This document shows, piece after piece, positions 41,190-54,352 of a DNA stretch of 64,000 bases (positions within the stretch are counted from its first letter, which is position 1; the number at the start of each line of letters is the position of its first letter). Source of the stretch: Octopus vulgaris (lineage: Eukaryota). The position numbers were made by a program, and so were the translations under genes. The notes beneath the pieces were generated by a model, which made no database searches, was not told the origin of the DNA, and worked only from the letters and a program-made list of their open reading frames with translations. Location of the stretch: contig OX597819.1 of assembly GCA_951406725.2 (NCBI GenBank), forward strand, positions 54,870,001-54,934,000, given 5' to 3'.

Positions 41190-41355
41190 ATGTAGGAGTG
41201 GCTGTGTGGTAAGTAGCTTGCTTACCAACCACATGGTTCTGGATTCGGTCCCACTGCGTGACACCTTGGGCAAGTGTCTTCTACTAAACCCTCGGGCTGA
41301 CCAAAGCCTTGTGAGTGGATTTGGTAGATGGAAACTGAAAGAAGCATGTCATATA

Positions 41356-41387
<32 letters not shown>

Positions 41388-41398
41388 TGCAGCACGAA

Positions 41399-41468
<70 letters not shown>

Positions 41469-41675
41469 CTGTGTTTGTCCCCTCTCCCAACATTGCTTGA
41501 CAACCGATGCTGGTGTGTTTACATCCCCATAACTTCACGGTTCGGCAAAAGAGACCAATAGAATAAGTACTAGGCTTCCAAAGAATAAGTCCTGGGGTCA
41601 ATTTGCTCAACTAAAAGGTGGTGCTCCAGCATGGCCACAGTCAAATGACTGAAACAAATAAAATAAAAGCAAAAG
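41190..41675 (+). mobile_element. SINE family A inside an older TTAA-bounded MITE (~40968-41726)
   Basis: Full-length SINE; flanks match the 41832-42035 family. Confidence 0.85.
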
Positions 41676-41831
41676 GAATAGTAGAACCTGGGCCAGTCTG
41701 AAGCAGGTTGGTATCAAAGCAGTTAAAGTAGATGCAGGACTAAATTAAATTTATACTCTAATCAACCAGGATTGTTCTATGGCCAATGTTCTGAAATCCA
41801 CTTGGGTGGTAGACTTAATCTGTCATCCACT

Positions 41832-42035
41832 TTAACTCTTTCGTTAATATTTCTGTTGAAATATGGTGCTTTTGTTTCAAATAATTTTGAAAAGAAGAAT
41901 TGAGTAAGATGATTTTGTCATTATTAGGCTAGTGTTTGGAACATAAATCAACATCAAATTTTATGGGGAAATTTTAAATTTAGATTACTGTAAAAGGGCA
42001 AGTTTATATTGTTGAACCAAGGGTGAAAGGATTAA
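41832..42035. mobile_element. piggyBac-like MITE, degraded
   Basis: TTAA-CTCTTTC...GAAAGGA-TTAA; related copies near 48960-49200 and 59150-59360. Confidence 0.5.
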
Positions 42036-42481
42036 CTTCACCATCTGACATCTTTAGTAGCATCCACCCTATTGCAAGCATTCAGGTCAGATCTCTGGTT
42101 TAAGAATATCTCCTTCTCTTTCACCAATCTGTACAGTGTCATGGACTCTGCTTGTCTTTCTAAAAATAAAAATAAGTAAAACTTAGATACACAAAAAGAC
42201 AGGGTTGTTAAGGCTGGAATTTCTTTGATCATAACTCTGTTTAATCAAGGCTGACCTGTGGGTTAATCAATGACTATTTTCGTAACAGTCCTCATGGTTT
42301 AGAAATAGTTCCAGAAACTGATGTGTTAATAGGTTAATTGTTAAAGGGTGCCTGTGATCAGAATGATAAAGAAGCTAAGAGGGGCTTCCATGTTATTGAT
42401 GATGGAAAGTCTATACTTCATTCATTTAGTTATTGCCAGTATGTGATTATATGTGAGAGAGAGAGAGAGAGAGTGTGTGTA

Positions 42482-42520
<39 letters not shown>

Positions 42521-42524
<4 letters not shown>

Positions 42525-42820
42525 ATTTTACAAGATTAGTTACGTATATTTATTATTGTAGTCATCTTTAACCTGATGAGTGGCTATATTTATATTGAAG
42601 TGATTTTACTACTACTAATATTTTTACTATAATCACTTCTTAAATATAGCCACGAAACATGTGTCATTATTCTACCAAATATATACATTTTATTTATTAT
42701 TTTGCACATTACTTAATCATTGTTATGTTTTATCTTATATTTAATCTTTCTATATGTAATTTTCTAGTTGCTGTAATTTAATTTTTCATTATTGAATTGA
42801 TAAAAAGTGGTTTTTCTCTA

Positions 42821-42823
<3 letters not shown>
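42521..42823 (+). mobile_element. ~300-bp hammerhead-bearing element inserted in (TA)n
   Basis: Flanked by (TA)n on both sides; contains the 42569-42669 HHR. Confidence 0.65.
42569..42669 (+). ncRNA. Type I hammerhead ribozyme motif with extended stem II
   Basis: CTGATGA(42573-79); perfect 13-bp GTGGCTATATTTA/TAAATATAGCCAC plus 9-bp GAAGTGATT/AATCACTTC; GAAAC(42654-58)-ATGT-GTC(42663-65); stem I TAAC/ATTA with one C-A mismatch. Confidence 0.8.
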
Positions 42824-42866
<43 letters not shown>

Positions 42867-43160
42867 ACACACACAAATGTGTGCATATGTATGTATGTAT
42901 ACTCACACACACCCATTGCCATCTAATGTCTATTGTCCTATGCTTGCATGGGTTGGTGGAATTCACTGATTTTCTTTGGTTGGATGGCCTTCCTGTTACC
43001 AACTCTCACCTGTTTTTCAAGTAGGGTAATATGTCTTCTTGGCCAAACAGATATTTCATGGAAACAATCAATATTGCTTGTATGACTGTGCCGATCATTT
43101 ATAATCATCACATGACATCAACACAAGGGTACACACGCACTTACACACGCACTCTCATAC

Positions 43161-43260
43161 TCACTCTCACACACTCGCTCACTCTCACACACTCGCTCAC
43201 TCTCACACACTCGCTCACTCTCACACACTCACTCACTCTCACACACTCGCTCGCTCTCAC
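43161..43260. repeat. 18-bp minisatellite (TCACTCTCACACACTCGC), ~5.5 copies
   Basis: Read directly; gives the LTLTHS repeat in a spurious ORF. Confidence 0.85.
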
Positions 43261-43965
43261 ATACACAACGGACTTCTGTCAGTTTCTGTCTGCCAATTTC
43301 ACTCACAACTTTTGGTTGACCCGGGGACTATAATAGAAAATACTTGCCTGAGGTGCCTTGCATTGAAACTGAACCTGAAGCTACATGGTTGCAAAACAAG
43401 CTTCTTAATTATTCAGTTTGTGTCTGCAACTATGTGTTGTATAAATGGATTATATAAATTCTTAGATGAAATATAAAAAAAAAATATTGAATATTTATTT
43501 AGTCTGTGATGCATAAATTAGAAATGGCGTAATGCCAATGAGTCAGCTCTGAGATTTCACCACTGAAATCATTCTTCGAGTCTGCTTGGATAAAGGCCTG
43601 CTAGTTGTCTCTGACTATTGCAATGGTTCTGATATTTATTGATTTACTATTTTACTTTGATGATGATTACATAGGTGCAATTCCACATACTGTGGGTACC
43701 TTTGTTTATACAACTACTAATTAACTTGTCTGTACTAAAGACCATTTGCTAAACTTTAAAGCATTATATTTCTACCCTTTAATTCGTTATAATTTTAATC
43801 TACCCTTTATCTGTTTGACTAATGAACTTATAGGAGGCGATAAACTAATTTCGCAAATCCCAACAGTGAGATAAAATGTAGAAGAGGAATAAATGATATT
43901 TTCATATTTGTAGTATCAAATTTAATTCATAACCATTTAATTCTTTTGTATATCGCATAAAATAT

Positions 43966-44168
43966 GCTCTTTTACTTGTTTCAGTCATTTGACTGCGGCC
44001 ATGCTGGAGCACCGCCTTTATAGTCGAGCAAATCGACTCCCACAGCATATTCTTTGTAAGCCTAGTACTTATTCTATTGGTCTCTTTTGCCAAACCGCTA
44101 AGTTACGGGGACGTAAACACACCAGCATCGGTTGGCAAGCGATGTTGGTGGGACAAACACAGACAATC

Positions 44169-44202
<34 letters not shown>

Positions 44203-44383
44203 TTATATATACATATATACGATGGGCTTCGTTCAGTTTCCGTCTACCAGATCCCCTCACAAGGCTTTGGTCGGCCCGAGGCTATAGCAGAAGACACTTG
44301 CCCAAAGTGCCACGCAGTGGGGCTGAACCCAGAACCATGTGGTTGGTAAGCAAGCTACTTACCACATAGCTACTACTAAGCCT
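43966..44383 (-). mobile_element. SINE family A
   Basis: Full length. Confidence 0.9.
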
Positions 44384-44946
44384 ATATATATATATATATA
44401 GTTCCAGAGTTGTAAGTTTGATTTTTTTTAATGCTGGGTTAACTGCTAGCCATATAGTGTTTAAACCAACCAAGTCTGGCCCAAATATTGTTTTATATTC
44501 AGGCTCACTAGATCTAGCCTCTCACATCTGCCTGACAATGTCATTCCATAGATGAATAAACACGTCATTGAAATTTCAAAGCAATGAGATTAATGCATTA
44601 TGCATTCAAAAGAATCTGAATAAATAAGCATTACATTTGACAATAATCTGAAAGCTAAATGATTAAAAGTCATGCAGAACTTTATATAATTTTCTCAGTC
44701 CTTTTTAATGAAATGCAGTTATTCCAGTATATGAATCATTAATGTATAATTATTACATGAATATGGATGACATTTACTGATAGTGATTTGGTCTGAAACT
44801 GTTGAAACTAAAACAATTATAGCATAGAAGACATAGGCCATTCAAAAGCACACAGACAAAATTTCCTCATACCAACTGCAACCTGGTCACTGACAATGCC
44901 ACTGTAACTAATTTGAGGTGAGGCTTTCAGTCAGTGTGTATACATA

Positions 44947-44997
<51 letters not shown>

Positions 44998-47900
44998 CTT
45001 CAGGATTATAAATGGGATTTCTTTTTCTTTTACTTGTACATGTATGAATGTACTAACTAGTTTTTTATCCTTTAGTCATCCCTGCTTCAGTAAGCTGTGC
45101 CCATCCTATCCTCATTTTTCTTTCTTCAGGCATAGTGTATAAATCCTTTCATAGTCCATGTGTCCATTTTGAAAGATGATGGGGGTGGGTGTAGTTTGAG
45201 GGTGTTTTGGCTAGTATTTCTAGCAGGCTGAGTGACTGAATGGGGATACTCTCTCATTGGTTCATGCTTAAATAGCATTTTGAGAAGAGACCAAAGCTTA
45301 TTGCTAATGTGATTTAAAAAAAAAAAAAAAATTGATTTCTTTCTGTGCAAATATGAATGATGACCTCATCAGTCAGAAGTACATAACGAAATGAAGTCTC
45401 CTTCATCATTTAAATATCTTTTATTCCTTATAAGGGCAACCAGTACAAAAGAGGTTTTAGACTAAGAAACAAATTTCTCATATTTTGAATTAGAATTTTC
45501 TTTTCTTTTGACTTGTGTTGCTTGACATCCTCAATATTTAGAATTAGCTAAGATTGATGTGATGGTCATAAAGATGGTATATAATGTAAATATTAGATGG
45601 CTTTTGAAAGCAAAATAATGAGCAAACACTAAAATGAAAGTATGAATTTCTAGATTTAATCAGAATAAATTTAGTACCCCCACCCTCCACCCCACTCACA
45701 ATAAAAGAAGCTGAATGGATGATGACAATTCATTCATCATCTTTTATTATATTTCTTTTATTATATGATGAATGCTAACACTGAGATTGAAATTGTGGAG
45801 TACCTGATATTGTTAAAAAATTGTTTTTAATTTTGTGATTGGATGATCACTAGCCAATTACATGCTGGAAGCTACCAAATTAATAACCACAATAGACAGG
45901 ATCCAAACCAACTGATATATATATATGAGAGACAGAGAGGTGGAAGACAAGACTGAAGTTTATATTTGTTATAGACAAGTTTTCAGTTTGTCTTTGGAAA
46001 TTGATGTCTTTAGTCATTGAACAATTTGTTTGCTGGCATACTCAAAACTTCAGGATTTTAGAGCATTATTGTTTCGCCCCAAGTCAACCTTGGTCAAGAA
46101 GACTTATGATGAAAGGCATTTCAACCATGACCATATCAACTCTGGTATCAAAAATGTAAGGAACCCTGAACTATATTGTGCTATGTCCTTTACATCTGCT
46201 TTTCTCTGCTGGTATGGATTGGATAGGTCATCTTGGTTCAAGTGAGCTCTTACTTAGAATTACTCCCTTCCCTTTCAACAGGTCAGGGATCATGTCTTAC
46301 CTGTTCATTTTTGTCTTGGCTTCTACAACTGGATGCTCTTCCTATCACCAATCACTTTACAGAAAGTGGGTACATTTTATTGTGGCACCAGTAAGATTAG
46401 AGTTCTCTCTACTCTGGCTGGGTACCAGTGTCAGAGAATGCCTCCTGTCACTCCCAACTGACTAAAGAAAGCCTTTTGTTCCCTGTTTTGTCTCCATTCA
46501 TTAATTTCTTCTTTTCCAATTCGACTGTATGGGGAGAACGCTAAAATAAGAGAATAGAGTGAAAAAAACAGAACTAGAGTGACAGAAACAAGAGGTTAAT
46601 AGGTGGGAGAGACTGATTGATATTTTTGTTTTATTTTACATGACAGTTTGTGAACAGCCTCATTGGTTACAGGTTTCCTATGGGTCAGTCACTGGTCCCT
46701 GCATGTTGGACAGTGAAGAAGAGAAAGGAATGTCTGCAATTCAGTGTAGACCAAGTATCTGAAGGGACTTCATTATTAAATCACCATCTTTTAAAATTTT
46801 CTCCATGATCAGCAACAGAAAGATGCATACACATGTACATGGCCATGCATGCATATATATCATGCAAATGGCACCTGTAGTGCATAAAAGCACCCATTAC
46901 ACTCTTGAGTAGTTGGCATTAGGAAAGGCATCCATCTGTAGAAAACCATGTCAAATCAGACTGGGTGCAGCATGCCAGCCTGGTCAAACTATCCAACCCA
47001 TGCCAGCATGGACAACGGATATTAAATGATGATATATATAATGTCCATATTCACAATGTCATTCCATAATCTTTCAAATTCCATACTGTGTGCTATGGTA
47101 GATGATACTTACCTAAGGCTCTGAGCACAGGTATTGAAGTGGACCGCTTAATCGTACAACCAAGCCCGCAACCCTATATTTTAACATTATTATTCATAGC
47201 ATTCTATGGTATCTGAGAATTTAATTTCATTGAATATTTGTTCTGAGATGGCTGCAAAACTCTGTTTTTAAAAATGCTAGCAAAAGGGACACGAGTATCA
47301 GAGCACAACTGGGTTTAGGGTTTCCGTGTCGGCTTGCATCTTTCTGTTGACATTCCCTTCTTTCAGGTATCTGGTTTTTATACAAGTATGTAGTAATGTT
47401 AATTTGAAAAGAAAGCAGTTTCCTTTAAATAAACTGAAGAGTATTAAATGCTTCTTCCTTCTAGAGAGTAAAGCAGATTCTTTTCTTTCCCTTAATTGAA
47501 TGGTTAACAGTTGTAAAGGATGTGAGCTGTATGAAAATAAAAGTTCTAAATTGAAATTTGATTCTATGCAATCTTGAGAGAGAAAGGAAAACAAGATAAA
47601 AAAGGATGAAAAGATTGTAGAACAAGGGTTGGAGTGAAAATTAAGCTCTGTATTTATAAAGTAGTTTTTTTTAAGATCATTTCTTTTGATGTCAAATGAA
47701 AGGGTTGTTGTTACTATCATCATCATAATTTTTTTCAAGTCACTATTTAGGAATTATTTTTGTTGGGTTCTAATTTTTTAATAATGTGAAGAGCAAACGT
47801 TCAAATCTCATCTCATTGACATTTTACCTTACATTTTTATGTTGGAAGCCATAGCTGCTTAAGTCTTGACTGTTGATCTAAAGTGTAGTTTGTTCATATC

Positions 47901-48254
47901 TTGACGCTAGCACTCCAGTATTTCCGACCAATATTCCTAGCTAACCCCTTGACCCAACAATCAACTCCATTGTGATACAGAAACATTTGATGGTATGATG
48001 TACTATTGAAAGCAATGGTAGTAGCATATAATGACAAACTTCAGTACTCATTTTGTTGTCATATTTCTTAAGACACACACATACTCTATCTTTGTTTCAA
48101 TTGGTTTTGAAAATAATGAGAAATTTAGTGAAATAACTTTGTCATGATGTAAGCTTTTAATTTTGATCTCCTCAAAGCAGGAAGCCTATCATCATCCTCA
48201 CCCTTAATTTATGAGTGCATAACAAGTGGTGGGCAATAAACTAAGGTCACTTGG

Positions 48255-48412
48255 GTTAGGAATGACCATGCCTCTTTTCTTTTTTTAAGAATGCTTGTTG
48301 TTCTTGTTTCATGCATGGCTGCCTCTGCGTAGTTAGGAATGACCATGCCTCTTTTCTTTTTTTAAGAATGCTTGTTGTTCTTGTTTCATGCATGGCTGCC
48401 TCTGCGTAGTTA
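48255..48412. repeat. Perfect 77-bp tandem duplication
   Basis: 48255-48331 equals 48332-48408, with GTTA microhomology. Confidence 0.92.
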
Positions 48413-49656
48413 TTTGTGTTGTTTACTTTGTAAAATAGTAAGGGGAGAGGGTTGCTAGCACATCATCCTCAACCCATGTTTTTTCCCATCCACATCTTTA
48501 CCATATGGGGCCCTAACAAAATGCAATAATAGGTATAGATGCAAATCTAATTACTTGTCTCCTTCTAAAATCAGGCATAGCTTGGCGATCGATCAGTCGA
48601 CTTACAGCACCATTCGTTGTCTTCAGTTTACTTGGTAGTGTGTGTTTTTAACTTGACAATAAGGTCAAGGTAATCTCTGATTGGCTGTATGCAAATGAGT
48701 TCATTGCTGGGGTCTGGAAATCTTGTGAGGAAAAAAAATTTTGCGGCCAGGGGCTGCACCAGGTTCCATAGTCTGTTTTGGCTATTATTTTTATAATTAA
48801 ATATTAGGAATTGCATTAAAAAAATTTAGATATTTTGTGTATTGTGAAAGTAAAACCAAATTTATTGTACATAAATTTTAACAACAAAATCTTGCATGGA
48901 CCTCAATGGAGAATCACTGCTTTAGAGTTTCCCATAATTTACAACAGCTTTGAAATCTTGTGTGTAGTGTTACAACTGTAGCTTTTTCATGGCTGTATTT
49001 TTAAAGAAATATTTTGTATGAATTCAGTTTTAAAATAACAATTTGAAGGGATTCAGTGAAATAACTTTCTTGCTATTTATCTGGTTATGTAAAATGTAAC
49101 TTAACAAAAATGATTCTAATTATGGTGGTCTTGATTTAAATAAAAAAAAAATCTCTTTAATAAAACATGAAGTTATCTCAAACAGGTTGGTATGTAAAAG
49201 ACTGATGAAATGTTTAAATGGAATATTGTTAAACTCCTTGATCTTGGAAGAGTTGTAAAGTTCATGGACATCTCCCATTTTTGGATGTAGCAAATAGGAA
49301 ATATTGTTTGTGTCTTGGGAAAGTCATTATCTCTCTTTCTATCTCTCACACACACACACACACACAGATGCTCAATTCTACTTCTTCGTTGTTAAGCAAC
49401 TGGATAAATGTCTAATGTGCTGGTTTAAACAATCATTCAGTTGTTTATTAAAGTTTTCGTTTCTGTTTGTGACCTCAGTGACTTAGCAATTTCTCCTCTC
49501 TAATGTTTGTTTAATGTGCTGGTTAAATGACTGAGTGATTATTTAACTAGCACATCAAACGAGCAGTTGATTAGTTAGTTGGTTAGATGTTTAACCAATC
49601 TAACCAATTGACTAGCAATAAAGAAGTGGAATTGAATCTGTGCATCTGTTATTACT

Positions 49657-50068
49657 GGATCTTTTCGGTTTGAATGGCAGTTTTTTCTAGCGGTGTCATA
49701 TGAAATTGTCACCCATAATTATGACCCTAGTATCGATCTATTGCATTTCAATCTATTTTAGGGTTAAGGTTAGTTAGGGTTAGGGGAAAGGCTATCTTTT
49801 TTTCTTCACAAATGTAAATAAACTCAATCTGTTTCGTAAATGAGGGACATATTCATACGGCACAGAATGTTTTTTACCTCAATAGTGTCAGTGATTGGTA
49901 GAAATTGCAGAAAAAAAAACAACAAATATCTTACAAACTATAGAATTTTCTCAATAAAGCCAAGAGAAAAAGATGTTTTATAAGCACCTTCTACCAGTAT
50001 ACGAAGTTTAAAATTTTTTAGTTACCTAGAAATTATGTTAAAAACTGCCGTTCAAACCGAAAAGATCC
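49657..50068. mobile_element. Merlin-like MITE, 412 bp
   Basis: 28-bp TIR GGATCTTTTCGGTTTGAATGGCAGTTTT (1 mismatch), exact 8-bp TSD TTATTACT; GG termini with an 8-bp TSD fit Merlin. Confidence 0.85.
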
Positions 50069-50880
50069 TTATTACTGATGTTATGACACATCAAAATTTG
50101 TTTCAACAAATATATTCACATAAAAAAAAATCTTGCAAAAGAAAAATAGGAAATATATACACTTAATTTATTCTTTTTCAGCATGTGTATATCATTGTTC
50201 ATACTTACATTGATATATATATTCTTTGTTACAGTGGTAAGAGCTGTTCCTTAAACTCATTTCACACCCTTCAAATCACTAAAGTGAAGACTTACTACTA
50301 CCACTGCTTTTTCTCCTTTTTTCTCATTCTGATGCTTCTTCTTCAATTTCTTTCTTCTTCCTCCCACTTTCTTCTAACATCGCCACCACCAGTGAGTCAT
50401 CTCAGCAGTTTAAGACTATAACTGCTGTACATCTGGTTCACCAATTTTAACTGGTGCTGCTTGTAATTGAATCAATACACCTTGCTAATCTATACACCTC
50501 TACAAAGATATTAGATATTTATTCTAAGCACCGAGTTGAGACAGAAAAGGCACAAGCTCACTGATTAGTCTCTAACCACGTCTTTTATTTGCCGGCTAAC
50601 CATGTGACTGATTACAGTACAGTGTATCTCCAGAATGTAACTGGTAATGTGGTCTGTGTAGTAACTCTACATGGTTCAGAATCTCTTTTATTTTAAAGTA
50701 TTATGCAGGTGTGACTGTTGGCACAGGCATGGGTGCGTGTAAGAAGTTTGCTTCACAACCACATAGTTCTGAGTTCAACTCCACTGCATGGCACCTTGGA
50801 CAAGTGTTTCCTAATATAGTCCTGGGGTTGACCAAGACCTTATGGATGTATTTGGTAAACAGAAACTAAAAGAAGCCCCT

Positions 50881-50914
<34 letters not shown>

Positions 50915-50935
50915 CATATATGTATATATATATAT

Positions 50936-51302
50936 CTTCTCTTTTTCTCTCCTGTCTGTCTTGATAGACAATGGGTCGCGCCAAGGGTGGGGCCTACTTT
51001 GATGATGAGCAGCGTCTGCTGTGACTGAACAGTCCAATTCTAGAGTGGCAATCCCTGGTACAGTTGCTGCACACGAACATCGATGGGTACGTGTGGGGTG
51101 TTGCTGCAGTTGTCCTCCTCCTGTCCCGCCTGTCCGACCACAGCTATGCTCTCCTTTCCTCAGCCATGGAAACGCCTTTCCTCACTGTCCGACGCCAGGC
51201 AGAGCGGTCAGCAGCTGTTACCTCCCACGTGTCCACACAGATGTTGGCAGTCCTCAGGTCGCGCTTGCACACATCCCTGTATCGTAGCTGTGGACGTCCC
51301 TT
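50936..51302 (-). mobile_element. 5'-truncated RTE-clade LINE inserted in (TA)n
   Basis: KGRPQLRYRDVCKRDL..WEVTAADRSAWR..(stop)..FVCSNCTRDCHSRIGLFSHSRRC (stop at 50994), the RTE C-terminal zinc finger. Confidence 0.9.
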
Positions 51303-51330
51303 ATATATATGAGAGAGAGAGAGAGACCAT

Positions 51331-51476
51331 GGAGTGGTTGGCATTAGGAAGGGCATCCAGCTGTAGAAAGATTGCCAGATCAGACTGGGCCTGGTGTCGC
51401 CTTCTGGCTTCCCAGACCCCAGTTGAACCATCCAACCCATGCTAGCATGGAAAGCGGATGCTAAATGATGATGATG
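51331..51476 (+). mobile_element. SINE family E 3' part ((GAT)n tail)
   Basis: GGCATTAGGAAGGGCATCCAGC..CCAACCCATGCTAGCATGGAAAG; also at 39515-39657, 46880-47033 and 59868-60230 (-). Confidence 0.75.
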
Positions 51477-51889
51477 TGTGTTACTGTGTTCTTACCCTAA
51501 CATTGTATGACGAGAATGTCACTGCCATACAAGCAATGTCCTGCATTTCCAGTCTTCCGAGATAAATCATATCATGGAGGAAATATCACCATGCTTGTAA
51601 ACAGGTGAAGGTTGGTAACAGGAAGGGCATCTGGTTGTAGAAAATCCACCTCAACAAATTCTGTTCAGCCCATGCAAGCATGGAAAAGTGGATGATGGTG
51701 GTTGATAGTTTCAGATCAGCCTGTATAAATAGTTGGAATTTTTGTTCAGTTTTACTTCATTTATTATTATTCTGTTTAAATATGTGTTTTCATGTTGGAT
51801 AATTGTAACCAGCTTACAATAGAGCAATTCTAGCCTGGATGAGCCAATAAATTTTCTTCCCATGTCTGATTTAAGTAAAGGGCAAATTG

Positions 51890-52221
51890 TATAATGTGTG
51901 AGGGAGAAGCATAGTGCGATCATGCATAATAGAAAAAGTGGGTACTGAATGCCGATGATGAGTAAAGGCTTGAAAGAGATGGAGTAAGCATGGTCTAATA
52001 GATGTGCAATGGGGAGCTGGCTGAATCATTCGCATACTCTCTCTTTTACTTGTTTCAGTCATTTGACTGTGGCCATGCTGGAGCACCGTCTTTAGTCGAG
52101 CAAATCGACCCCAGGACTTATTCTTTGTAAGCCTAGTACTTATTCTATCTCTATCTTTTGCCGAACCGCTAAGTTACGGGGACATACACACACACACACA
52201 CAACCACACATACACAGACAG

Positions 52222-52262
<41 letters not shown>

Positions 52263-52550
52263 CATACATATATACAATGGAGAAGGTATGTGATATGTAT
52301 TGAGGATGGCAGGTGAATAGAGAACTGCCAAGTGATTCAAGAATCTTGGATTACATAGCACTTGAAGAAAGAACTTGTGGAAAAGAAAGTCTTGGGGAAA
52401 ATTTGGGAAGAAGTGATCAAAGCTGATTTCAAGAGGCTGAACCCCACAAAGGGCAAACAAGTGCAACAAGTGGCAAGATGCCTTCCTGTGGAAGACTTGT
52501 TGAACCTTAGTGGACATGGAAAAGAGGCTGCAAAATGATATTGATAGTGA
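51890..52550 (+). pseudogene. Highly degraded RTE-type LINE 3' end, interrupted by a SINE A half (52037-52275)
   Basis: Remnant TCGK..WEEVIKADFKRL followed by a tail resembling the family E tail. Confidence 0.45.
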
Positions 52551-53928
52551 TTTCAAGCAGTTTTTTTAATTTTATTTTTTGTCATCCAAGCACAGACATG
52601 GTTGTGTGGTTAAGAAGCTTACTTTGCAACCACACAATTTCAAGTTCAGTCCCACTAGGTAGCACCTTGGGCCGATGCCTTCTACTAGAGGCCTTGGCTA
52701 GCCAATTCTTTGTGACTTTGTTAGATGGAAGCTTCATGGAAACCCATTATGTACACATGTATGTGTGCATGTCTTTGAGTCTGTGTTTGTCCCCCCACCA
52801 CCACTTGACAACCAGTGTTGGTTTATTTACAACCCTGTGACTTTGCAGTTAGGGTTCATCTATTTGACTAAAACCCTTCAAAGCTCCATCATGGCTACAG
52901 TCTGATGACTGAAAGAAATAAAGATAAATTTCTTCCAAATCATGGTGCATTTCCAAAAAAACATCCATCATGGTTTACTTCACATCTCCATCTATGCAGA
53001 GTGCAATCATCTGTTTATATCATCTGATATCTTTCTTCTTTTCCTTTGCCTTTTTTTTTCTTCCTTTTATTGCACAGAAGCTCATATGTTACCTAAGTTT
53101 ATGCAAAACTTATTCCTTCACAGTTGGATAATAATGACAATTTTTTCATAAAGCCACAGTAATTCTTCAACATTAACAGAGGTAATTTTGCTCCTTGAAC
53201 TTACTACACCAACCTCTTACTCATTGCTAGTTTCAATGCTAAGTATGTTACCATAACAATTGGGTATGTCATTAAACTAAAAACTTATCTAATGCTTCCA
53301 GAACCATCTAAACTGTCTAAAATTACACCTCCTGCTGTAAATTACTGATGTGTCAAATTCACTTAAATTTTGTTCCTATGTTAGCTTTCCAGGTATCTGA
53401 ATGCACACTCTCTTGTCTTTCTTCAGCAGCAGTCCTTGCTTGACATTAATCCAGCTGTACACCAAAACAATAATGTAACAAACATTGTATGTATTACATA
53501 AGTTGTGTATTGTACAGTTTGAAGGTGTATGACCTAGTGGTTAGGGTGCTGCACTCATGATCATGAGTTCATGGTTTCACTTCCTGGACTGGGTGGTACT
53601 GGCAACTGCCATGCTCAAATGCTGTTTTTTACGTGCTACCTGCACAGGAGCCAGTCCAGTGGCACTGGCAACAATCTCGCTCAAAATGCTACACAAATGG
53701 ACATAGATGTAGCATGAGGGAAGCAAGATGTCCAAGTCTGATTTAAATCTTATCCATACAGAATTGAATTCTTTATTAATGTAACATTCTGTAATTTTAG
53801 CAAAACATTCTTTTCTCTCACTCTCTCTCTCTCTCTCTCTCTTAATCTTTTTTCTTTTTCCACTGCAGTCATTTCAGTGTTCAGTTTTTCAATACTTTTA
53901 AGAGAATGAGTTTGGAAATTAACCTGCT

Positions 53929-54352
53929 TACTCTTTTACTCTTTGACTTGTTTCAGTCATTTGACTGCAGCCATGCTGGAGCACCGCCTTTAGTCGAGCA
54001 CATCGACCCCAAGACTTATTCTTTGTAAGCCTAGTACTTATTCTATCGGTCTGTTTTGAAGAACCGCTAAGTTATGGGGACGTAAACACACCAGCATCGG
54101 TTGTCAAACGATGTTGGGGGGACAGACACAGACACACAAACATTTAAGCACACACACACATATATATGTATATGTATATACATATATACGACGGGCTTCC
54201 TTCAGTTTCCGTCTACCATATCCACTGACAAGACTTTGGTTGGCCCGAGGCTATAGTAAAAGACACTTGCCCAAGGTGCCACACAGTGGGACTGAACCCG
54301 GAACCATGTGGTTGGTAAACAAACTGCTTACCACGCAGCCACTCCTGCTTCT
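53929..54352 (-). mobile_element. SINE family A
   Basis: Full length. Confidence 0.9.

Noticed and set aside
53010-53460. Possible minus-strand RTE-type remnant
   Set aside because: Too degraded to support by eye.
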